DNA from: Klebsiella phage KP182
Sequence record: OM337876.1
Reading direction: 5' to 3' (one strand)
Length of the DNA: 64,000 nucleotides
The notes beneath the pieces were generated by a model, which had not been told where the DNA came from, did no database searches, and saw only the letters and a program-made list of their open reading frames with translations. Position 1 is the first letter of the stretch. Each line of letters opens with the position of its first letter. Below, piece by piece: positions 1-6,009 of this stretch. The position numbers and the translations under genes were made by a program.

Positions 1-55
1 CGAATTATATTTTCCAAAATCTATATCGTTTCTCATAATTTTATTCTCATAAATT

Positions 56-131
56 TGGTACCCCCACCAGGACTCGAACCCGGACTACCGACCTTAGAAC
101 GATCGTGTGCTATCCATTACACTATAAGGGC
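56..131 (-). tRNA. tRNA-Arg (anticodon TCT)
   Basis: minus-strand cloverleaf; anticodon loop GTTCTAA; T-loop TTCGAGT; encoded CCA; acceptor stem has 3 G-U pairs. Confidence 0.6.
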
Positions 132-133
132 TT

Positions 134-220
134 TGGTGCGTCGAACGAGACTCGAACTCGTACGGGTTTAATCCCGGGAGATTTTAAGTCTCCTTTGTCT
201 ACCAATTCCAACATCGACGC
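134..220 (-). tRNA. tRNA-Leu (anticodon TAA), class II with long variable arm
   Basis: acceptor GCGTCGA/TCGACGC; anticodon stem GGAGA/TCTCC with loop CTTAAAA; long variable arm; T-loop TTCGAGT; CCA encoded. Confidence 0.7.
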
Positions 221-228
221 AAATATTT

Positions 229-355
229 GTTCAGGCAGGACTCGAACCTGCACGACTGATTCCGTCAGCGATTTACCACCGTCGCCAGCATATGATGCAA
301 TATGCGAGCTCAAAAGGTGTCCGTCACCATGTCTACCGATTTCAACACTGAACAA
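229..355 (-). ncRNA. tRNA-like stable RNA candidate (acceptor + T-arm minihelix flanking a ~115 nt insert)
   Basis: 7/7 Watson-Crick acceptor pairing TGTTCAG/CTGAACA; canonical T-arm GCAGG-TTCGAGT-CCTGC; D-arm TTGAAATCGGTAGACA nearly identical to the adjacent tRNA-Leu D-arm; no canonical anticodon arm, several internal hairpins instead. Confidence 0.3.
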
Positions 356-365
356 GATAATTATA

Positions 366-815
366 TTACCGATTATTTATAGCATTTCTTAAACGATAAA
401 GTTGATTACAGAATTCGCGTTCAGTCAAAATCGTTTCAGAAATTTTATTTTTACCCATACTGTGAGTGAGCGTAGCATTCCTGGTAGCAGCCAAAGCTTT
501 TCTGAATCCTTCATTTTTACTAAGTGCATCGTATGCTCCTGTCAGTAAATTCTGATACGCTTCTGAAGCACGATGGATTGGCACGCCTTTCCAATAAAGT
601 GTTTGAGTTGGCCACCACCGTTTCTTTTTACCTTTGAACTTAGCCGATTTACCAACTAATGTACATACATGTGCTTGCATTTCAGGCGAAGAAAATTTGA
701 GGGACTGCAAGAATCCCTCCATTGAGGCACATTCTACGCCATCATAGATAAATTTATGAGGAGCAAAGTTGCTCAAAGCACATGATGGATATGAACTACC
801 TGAACCGATATCCAT
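366..815 (-). CDS. NADAR-domain protein (YbiA-like ADP-ribose processing fold)
   Basis: N-terminal motif LSNFAPHKFIYDGVECASMEGFLQSLKF matches the NADAR signature SNFxP...DG...S.E...Q..KF; start taken at internal ATG 815 overlapping the upstream stop (TAATG). Confidence 0.6.
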   Translation of the reverse strand: MDIGSGSSYPSCALSNFAPHKFIYDGVECASMEGFLQSLKFSSPEMQAHVCTLVGKSAKFKGKKKRWWPTQTLYWKGVPIHRASEAYQNLLTGAYDALSKNEGFRKALAATRNATLTHSMGKNKISETILTEREFCNQLYRLRNAINNR

Positions 816-1372
816 TACTTTTCCTTCACGTATTTCAACCAATCAACTTTTAATGGACTTTCTTTTTGTTTATACGTAATTCCAACATGGAATGCAACCG
901 GAGCGTCAGGAATACGAATTTCTTCTTTGATGTCAAAGATTTCTACTTTCTCAAATACTCGCATGAAATCATAATCATATTCAATTGGATTACCCAACCA
1001 AGCCTGAATAGCATACATAACTTCATTTGAACAAGAATAGTGGTTATCTAAATAAGCATCAAACTCTTCGTCTGAACAATCATATGCAGGAACATCAACG
1101 CCAAAGAATTTCTTGGAAAATTCAGGAGTTACATACTTTTGTTCAGTGTGAAGCTTTTCAAGAATTGCTTCATGGTTGTAATCATTATTTCCAAGGTATT
1201 CACCACGCCGACCATTAGAAGAGAACCATTCAAGAACATGAATTACTTGATTAATCTCTTCTTTTTCTAAGCCATAAACCATTTGGGTAGAATACCGATC
1301 AGCATCGTTTTCCCAAGTGGTAATTGCCATTGCTAAGCCTTTAGGAATAACTTGTCCAAATTTAATATGCAT
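815..1372 (-). CDS. hypothetical protein
   Basis: ORF; start trimmed to internal Met because the longer ORF would run into tRNA-Ile. Confidence 0.4.
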   Translation of the reverse strand: MHIKFGQVIPKGLAMAITTWENDADRYSTQMVYGLEKEEINQVIHVLEWFSSNGRRGEYLGNNDYNHEAILEKLHTEQKYVTPEFSKKFFGVDVPAYDCSDEEFDAYLDNHYSCSNEVMYAIQAWLGNPIEYDYDFMRVFEKVEIFDIKEEIRIPDAPVAFHVGITYKQKESPLKVDWLKYVKEK

Positions 1373-1395
1373 TTCAATTTCCTCTGTTGATAATT

Positions 1396-1472
1396 TGGTG
1401 ACCCTGGCAAAGACTCGAACATGCAACCAATCCCTTATGAGGGGAACGCTCTACCAATTGAGCTACAGGGCC
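1396..1472 (-). tRNA. tRNA-Ile (anticodon CAT, presumed lysidine type; could be annotated Met)
   Basis: acceptor GGCCCTG/CAGGGTC; anticodon loop CTCATAA; T-loop TTCGAGT; CCA encoded; as far as I recall, T4 annotates a CAU-anticodon tRNA at this position as tRNA-Ile. Confidence 0.7.
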
Positions 1473-1491
1473 TTTATAGAAATCTTACGAC

Positions 1492-1517
1492 TTTTATAAA
1501 AGCCCTCCGAAGAGGGC
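1492..1517 (-). terminator. hairpin GCCCTC-cgaa-GAGGGC followed by T-rich tract on minus strand
   Basis: seen in sequence. Confidence 0.35.
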
Positions 1518-1550
1518 GCCTTGTCGGGCTTATCCACCTGCTAGGCAGAA

Positions 1551-1775
1551 TTACTCACACATAAAATCAGCTACTTCCCAGAAGTCATTTTCAACTGCTA
1601 CTTTAACCACCGGAGAAATTTCAGACGTTTTAATAGAAACAATTACATCACCTGTGACAGTTTCTACCAGACCAACAATTTTCTCGCTACGAGCAACAAA
1701 TTTGCTCACCGGATGAAATTTACCGGTAGCAGCGAACATAGCTTCTTGGTCAACAATCAGTGCGATACGTTTCAT
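1551..1775 (-). CDS. hypothetical protein
   Basis: 74 aa ORF in minus-strand gene string. Confidence 0.4.
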   Translation of the reverse strand: MKRIALIVDQEAMFAATGKFHPVSKFVARSEKIVGLVETVTGDVIVSIKTSEISPVVKVAVENDFWEVADFMCE

Positions 1776-1830
1776 TCTTTTTCCTTGTTTGTTTGGTATG
1801 AATTAATTATATCTGTTTATTTTTGTAGCA

Positions 1831-2064
1831 TTAAATATCAAAGATGGTTCCGTTATCCCACATCGTAGCGAACATAGGAGAAACCTTAACGAATGATTTG
1901 CTTCGCATTGCAACGTAGTCGTTATCTACTTTAGCCAATCCTGAAGCAATATCAGTAATACGGCCACACTTCATAGAACCGCGACCACCTTTATTGTATG
2001 TGCGTTCTCCGTAGAAAACGATATCACCAACTTGTACGTCTCGACCTTTAGAATCTTTCATCAT
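1831..2064 (-). CDS. hypothetical protein
   Basis: 77 aa ORF, overlaps next ORF. Confidence 0.4.
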   Translation of the reverse strand: MMKDSKGRDVQVGDIVFYGERTYNKGGRGSMKCGRITDIASGLAKVDNDYVAMRSKSFVKVSPMFATMWDNGTIFDI

Positions 2065-2413
2065 ATTTCGCCTGATAAATTCGTTTAAAATCAGTAATTA
2101 GCTCTTCTACATTTGAAGCATTAGTAAACGGAATAACTTGACGCAGTTTACTTACTTTACAGCCAGAATGATAAGCAATAACTTCTTGAATATCACGCTC
2201 ACTGAAGTACTCATATTTGATTAATGCTTCGTATCTGCATTTAATCCAGACCCACATACCTTTGCGTTCATCAAAAGTATATGCAAAATCAGCATGAAGC
2301 ATTAAATCACGTTCAGATTTACATAATCCTAAAGCAAAATTAGTTGGACGATTCCATTGTAATTTCACCGTAATAGCATTTACGTCATTTGATACACCAA
2401 TAAAAATATTCAT
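2048..2413 (-). CDS. hypothetical protein
   Basis: 121 aa ORF, ATGA overlap with neighbour. Confidence 0.4.
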   Translation of the reverse strand: MNIFIGVSNDVNAITVKLQWNRPTNFALGLCKSERDLMLHADFAYTFDERKGMWVWIKCRYEALIKYEYFSERDIQEVIAYHSGCKVSKLRQVIPFTNASNVEELITDFKRIYQAKYDERF

Positions 2414-2619
2414 TCTATTTCCTTCGCTTGTTTTTGGCCTTCTTGTCGTGCACGAGAACGTCCTGCTTTATGCAGTGATTCGTAATATGCTCGACGTCTA
2501 TCAATGTTTTCTGTACGATATGCTTTCCCGAAATGGGATGTTTTGAAGCCGTAATATTTCATAATATAATTCTCAATGGCAAGTGATTGGACGGTATGCC
2601 CGGTCTCGAACCGAGTCAC
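2410..2619 (-). CDS. hypothetical small basic protein
   Basis: 69 aa ORF; its 5' end coincides with a tRNA 3'-half-like sequence. Confidence 0.3.
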   Translation of the reverse strand: MTRFETGHTVQSLAIENYIMKYYGFKTSHFGKAYRTENIDRRRAYYESLHKAGRSRARQEGQKQAKEIE

Positions 2620-2737
2620 ATTGACTTTGCAGAATCCATGTGTTTAATATATCACCCATACTCGATAGCATATCTGAACGAGACTGCAATCCCGCTACTC
2701 AGCTTACACCATCTTGTATTGTGTCATACCGTTAATT

Positions 2738-2814
2738 TGGTCTCCATAGAATGACTCGAACATTCGACCTTTCCATCCCAAATGGAACGCTCTACCAGAC
2801 TGAGCTATACGGAG
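2738..2814 (-). tRNA. tRNA-Pro (anticodon TGG)
   Basis: acceptor CTCCGTA/TATGGAG; anticodon stem TTCCA/TGGAA loop TTTGGGA; T-loop TTCGAGT; CCA encoded. Confidence 0.75.
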
Positions 2815-2819
2815 TAATT

Positions 2820-2894
2820 TGGAGCATCCAAGGAGAATCGAACTCCTATCTTCTGGGTGGAAGCCAGACATAATATCCGCTATACGATGGATGC
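2820..2894 (-). tRNA. tRNA-Gly (anticodon TCC)
   Basis: acceptor GCATCCA/TGGATGC; anticodon stem TCTGG/CCAGA loop CTTCCAC; T-loop TTCGATT; CCA encoded. Confidence 0.75.
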
Positions 2895-2899
2895 AAATT

Positions 2900-2974
2900 T
2901 GGCAGGCCCTGAAGGAATCGAACCCTCATCACTGGGTTTGGAGCCCAGCATAATAGCCGTTATACTAAGAACCT
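2900..2974 (-). tRNA. tRNA-Trp (anticodon CCA)
   Basis: acceptor AGGTTCT/AGGGCCT with two G-U pairs; anticodon stem CTGGG/CCCAG loop CTCCAAA; T-loop TTCGATT; CCA encoded; D-arm irregular. Confidence 0.6.
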
Positions 2975-2980
2975 GTTATT

Positions 2981-3056
2981 TGGTGGGAGTAACTGGACTC
3001 GAACCAGTCACCGCTCGATTATCGGTCGAGAGCTCTACCAAATGAGCTATACTCCC
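2981..3056 (-). tRNA. tRNA-Ile (anticodon GAT)
   Basis: acceptor GGGAGTA/TACTCCC; D-arm GCTC-ATTTGGTAG-AGC; anticodon stem CTCGA/TCGAG loop CCGATAA; T-loop TTCGAGT; CCA. Confidence 0.75.
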
Positions 3057-3122
3057 ATGGAAAGCTAATCATCTAATTGTTGATGTACCACTGCTATGGG
3101 CAGCGTTTAACTTTCATAAATT

Positions 3123-3207
3123 TGGCGGAGAGTAAAGGAGTTGAACCCTCACCGTTTCCGATGGCCCGGATTTCAAGTCCGGTTTGCTACCACTAGCGCT
3201 ACTCTCC
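3123..3207 (-). tRNA. tRNA-Ser (anticodon TGA), class II
   Basis: acceptor GGAGAGT/ACTCTCC; anticodon stem CCGGA/TCCGG loop CTTGAAA; long variable arm; T-loop TTCAACT; CCA. Confidence 0.75.
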
Positions 3208-3303
3208 ATTAATTGGTGAAGGAAGTGCCATATAGACACAATTCGCTTAGCGACAGCCACAGCATTTTGCGGGCCGTGTATTTTTCCACCATTCCTTCAT
3301 TGT

Positions 3304-3380
3304 TGGGGTGACCGATGGGAGTTGAACCCATGACTACGAGAATCACAATCTCGAGTTCTACCAACTGAACTACGGCCACA
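3304..3380 (-). tRNA. tRNA-His (anticodon GTG)
   Basis: acceptor GTGGCCG/CGGTCAC; discriminator C73; anticodon stem CGAGA/TCTCG loop TTGTGAT; T-loop TTCAACT; CCA; no encoded G-1. Confidence 0.65.
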
Positions 3381-3475
3381 TCAATATTCACTCCATCCAT
3401 CATGAGGACTTCATACGAAATTAAGAGAAGAATGATCAGTTCAACCCCTGTAGACGCGTTGAATGAATATTAATT

Positions 3476-3550
3476 TGGCTGGACTATCTGGATTCGAACC
3501 AGAGATACCGGAGTCAAAGGCCGGTGACTTAACCGCTTGTCTATAGTCCA
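3476..3550 (-). tRNA. tRNA-Gln (anticodon TTG)
   Basis: acceptor TGGACTA/TAGTCCA; anticodon loop CTTTGAC with a C31-T39 mismatch closing a 4-bp stem; T-loop TTCGAAT; CCA. Confidence 0.55.
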
Positions 3551-3551
3551 A

Positions 3552-4220
3552 TTATTTATTTACTAATTTTCTTCCTTTATACCATCCTTCTGGTATAGGG
3601 GAATCTTTTGAAATCTTTTTAGCTTCTATTCCATTATTAATCCACATTGTGCCAAATTGTGAATTTTTTGAACCGGATTGAGCTAGTTTCAGTTTATCAG
3701 AAATTTTTCGTTTAGTTTCAGAAGAGTGTGTTTTACCTAAAAACGGATTTCCATTTTTAGCTATATTAGCTTTAACTGCGTCTGCAATGCGAGAACGTGC
3801 ATCTGGTGTAATTCCAGATTTAACCTTATCCGAAAAATTCAGTTTAAATTTAGAATCATTTCTAATTTTATTACTGGTTGAATTTCCTCCAAGTATTCCT
3901 CTTGCTTTCATTTTTGACGGAGTCCAATATGTTGAGTTAACATAGTCAAATCCACCTTCACCACCAAGTTTTAAATTATATACGTTTCCTAATAAAAATT
4001 CTGGTGTAACTATTTCAGATTCCTTTAAATACATCTCCTCAGATGATTCACAATAATGAATAACTTCCTTGGTAAAGTTCTCAATTCCGTATTTTAGAAT
4101 TGCCTTTTTAATTAATACACCTGAACCCATGTAGCCATCATTGATGTCATCAGTTTTATGGGCTCCAACATAATATTTGCCATTTACATTATTGGTTATT
4201 TTATAAATCAAATAGTACAT
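3552..4220 (-). CDS. segB: GIY-YIG homing endonuclease (segB-like position inside tRNA cluster)
   Basis: N-terminal YLIYKITNNVNGKYYVGAH GIY-YIG motif; C-terminal NUMOD3-like repeats (GKTHSSETKRKIS); 222 aa; sits within the tRNA cluster as segB does in T4. Confidence 0.65.
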   Translation of the reverse strand: MYYLIYKITNNVNGKYYVGAHKTDDINDGYMGSGVLIKKAILKYGIENFTKEVIHYCESSEEMYLKESEIVTPEFLLGNVYNLKLGGEGGFDYVNSTYWTPSKMKARGILGGNSTSNKIRNDSKFKLNFSDKVKSGITPDARSRIADAVKANIAKNGNPFLGKTHSSETKRKISDKLKLAQSGSKNSQFGTMWINNGIEAKKISKDSPIPEGWYKGRKLVNK

Positions 4221-4284
4221 AAATTATTCTCCATACCAACTACGTGATAATTATATCACATGGTACGGATAAAGTAAACAAAAG

Positions 4285-4358
4285 AGGCGGAGGCAGGACT
4301 CGAACCTGCGCGTGTCGGGATATGAGCCCAACATTCTACCAACTGAAGTTACTCCGCA
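4285..4358 (-). tRNA. tRNA-Met (anticodon CAT), initiator-like features
   Basis: anticodon arm TTGGG-CTCATAT-CCCGA with three consecutive G-C pairs, closely matching my recollection of the E. coli tRNA-fMet arm; unpaired T1/C72; T-loop TTCGAGT; no encoded CCA. Confidence 0.5.
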
Positions 4359-4367
4359 TTTATCCGG

Positions 4368-4503
4368 GTTCTTGAAGTACTAACAAGTAGCTTGATGTAG
4401 AACACGCTAAAGATATAATCTTCCGAATATAGAGCTTATCCCGTGGGAACAAACAGCTTCGTCCTCGGCATTATCTTATAGGACTCAAACTCATCTTCAA
4501 GAA
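4368..4503 (-). ncRNA. candidate structured RNA closed by a 10-bp perfect stem (GTTCTTGAAG/CTTCAAGAAC)
   Basis: inverted repeat enclosing about 116 nt between tRNA-Met and tRNA-Asp; strand inferred from neighbours. Confidence 0.25.
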
Positions 4504-4519
4504 CTGCCACGTTCTTATT

Positions 4520-4596
4520 TGGCGGACCTAGCGAGGATCGAACTCGCGCTCTCTCCCGTGACAGGGGAGTATTTTATCCAACTAAACTATAGGTCC
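4520..4596 (-). tRNA. tRNA-Asp (anticodon GTC)
   Basis: acceptor GGACCTA/TAGGTCC; anticodon stem CTCCC/GGGAG loop CTGTCAC; T-loop TTCGATC; CCA. Confidence 0.8.
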
Positions 4597-4603
4597 ATAA
4601 TTC

Positions 4604-4719
4604 GCTTTCAGAGATACTCTGGCACGATGCCGAAGCAAAGGGGAACAGGACTCTCATCACCTTGGTACCAGATGAATCTTGTTTAGCACTCTGTTCTAAG
4701 ATGTATCCCTGAAAGCGAA
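4604..4719 (-). ncRNA. candidate structured RNA closed by a 17-bp stem (one G-U) with internal hairpins
   Basis: TTCGCTTTCAGAGATAC pairs with GTATCCCTGAAAGCGAA across about 85 nt; inner GAACAG/CTGTTC stem and GGCA-cga-TGCC hairpin; no ORF. Confidence 0.3.
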
Positions 4720-4826
4720 CTTTCAACGCCGTAAGAAATTATAAGTACGTAGTTATCGTTGAGGGAACTCGTAAACAGGGAATTCTATGCCGACGATTTA
4801 TCAGAACGTCTTCTGACTTCTATATT

Positions 4827-4911
4827 TGGCGGGCCGTGCAGGTATCGAACCTGCCTAGTCATTTCTGACACGGATTAACAGTCCGTCGCTTACCCTCTCA
4901 GCCAACGACCC
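4827..4911 (-). tRNA. tRNA with Asn anticodon (GTT) but class-II architecture (3-bp D-stem, 15-nt variable arm with GAAA tetraloop)
   Basis: acceptor GGGTCGT/ACGGCCC, G73, CCA; anticodon arm ACGGA-CTGTTAA-TCCGT matches my recollection of the E. coli tRNA-Asn arm; variable arm GTCA-GAAA-TGAC-TAG; T-loop TTCGATA. Confidence 0.55.
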
Positions 4912-4917
4912 CGAATT

Positions 4918-4995
4918 TGGTAGAACGTGAGGGATTTGAACCCATCGACATCTCGATTAAAAGTCGAGTGCTCTAACCAGATGAGCTAACGTTCT
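4918..4995 (-). tRNA. tRNA-Lys (anticodon TTT)
   Basis: acceptor AGAACGT/ACGTTCT; D-arm GCTC-ATCTGGTTA-GAGC; anticodon stem CTCGA/TCGAG loop CTTTTAA; T-arm one nt irregular; CCA. Confidence 0.6.
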
Positions 4996-5465
4996 ATATA
5001 ACTATTTATAAATCTTCGTGCTTGGGTATGCGTAACATTTATGGCTTTAGCATATCTGTTAAGAGCTCCCCATTTTGTCATGTCCATTGAATTATATACT
5101 TCAATTCGTGAAGCAACTTCAGTGTCTGTCAGTTTTGAAGCGCTATTTTCTGAAATCTTTTTACGAGATTCTTCAGTATGATGTTTTCCTTTAAAATTAT
5201 CACACTTGCCGCCATAAGGTTTTACTCCATTTTTAACAGCATCTCGTACATTATCAGCATTTGTAGCACAAAATACATTTGTTGGAGAATAAGGACCTTT
5301 GTCACCTATTCTGCACATGCAGTATTCATGACCTTTACGTCCACGCTCAGATAATTTTCCGGTAGATTTCCACCATTCAATCCAAGTATCATACGTAAAT
5401 TCCCAAGGAATTCCACGATACAATGCATTATATCTTTGTTGTTCGTATTTAATTTTCATAAACAC
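4986..5465 (-). CDS. homing-endonuclease-like protein (HNH-like Cys/His-poor variant with NUMOD3-like motif and C-terminal HTH)
   Basis: EYCMCRIGDKGPYSPTNVFCATNADN resembles HNH_3-type core; KGKHHTEESRKKISE NUMOD3-like motif; embedded in tRNA cluster; its 3' end overlaps the predicted 5' end of tRNA-Lys by about 10 nt. Confidence 0.35.
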   Translation of the reverse strand: MFMKIKYEQQRYNALYRGIPWEFTYDTWIEWWKSTGKLSERGRKGHEYCMCRIGDKGPYSPTNVFCATNADNVRDAVKNGVKPYGGKCDNFKGKHHTEESRKKISENSASKLTDTEVASRIEVYNSMDMTKWGALNRYAKAINVTHTQARRFINSYIER

Positions 5466-5473
5466 TCTAAATT

Positions 5474-5560
5474 TGGTGGGGAGTGATGGAGTCGAACCAC
5501 CCGAGCCTTTTGAGCAACAGATTTACAGTCTGTCCCGCTACCCCTACGGTCTAACGCCCC
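5474..5560 (-). tRNA. tRNA-Tyr (anticodon GTA), class II
   Basis: acceptor GGGGCGT/ACTCCCC (one C-T mismatch); anticodon stem ACAGA/TCTGT loop CTGTAAA; long variable arm; T-loop TTCGACT; CCA. Confidence 0.65.
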
Positions 5561-5642
5561 AATGGATATTTTTATTTATACTGCCCTGAAATTAATCAGA
5601 GCAGTTGATAGATTAATAATAACAAAGAAAACCTAAAGCATA

Positions 5643-5993
5643 TTACACAATCGGTGAGCTCTTTGATTTAACCAGGAATACACTATGTGGTGAATCCATA
5701 TGAGATAGCAATACCCGGTGCTCAGGAATTGGACTTGTATGGAACGGAACCACACGATAACCTTTAGGCGTAAATCCTAGCAAAATACCAACGCTTGCTG
5801 CAGAAAGTGACCCGCCGCAATAGTATGATACCAAATCACCAGGCTGGATTTCATTGTCAAGAGAATCAGTTTTGACATGCTTAGGCGTAACTAAATCATT
5901 AGGAATTGGAACGCCTTGTGCATCATGGTATTCATGGGCAAGAAGCTTATAATTCTCTTGATAGAAAGTATTAAATGCAGCTCTGATATTCAT
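5643..5993 (-). CDS. hypothetical protein
   Basis: ORF; start moved to internal Met to avoid overlap with the upstream ORF. Confidence 0.4.
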   Translation of the reverse strand: MNIRAAFNTFYQENYKLLAHEYHDAQGVPIPNDLVTPKHVKTDSLDNEIQPGDLVSYYCGGSLSAASVGILLGFTPKGYRVVPFHTSPIPEHRVLLSHMDSPHSVFLVKSKSSPIV

Positions 5994-6009
5994 CACAATT
6001 TCCTCACAA

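Noticed and set aside
105-392. ORFs 105-392 (+) and 122-355 (-) overlapping tRNA-Arg/Leu and the tRNA-like RNA
   Set aside because: They span RNA genes with clear cloverleaf structure; no coding signals.
2857-3045. 62-aa ORF on plus strand across tRNA-Gly/Trp/Ile
   Set aside because: Spurious ORF through three tRNA genes.
3381-3475. GTTCAAC motif in the 95-nt spacer between tRNA-His and tRNA-Gln as a possible extra tRNA
   Set aside because: No acceptor/T-stem complementarity on either strand; probably a spacer, possibly holding a promoter.
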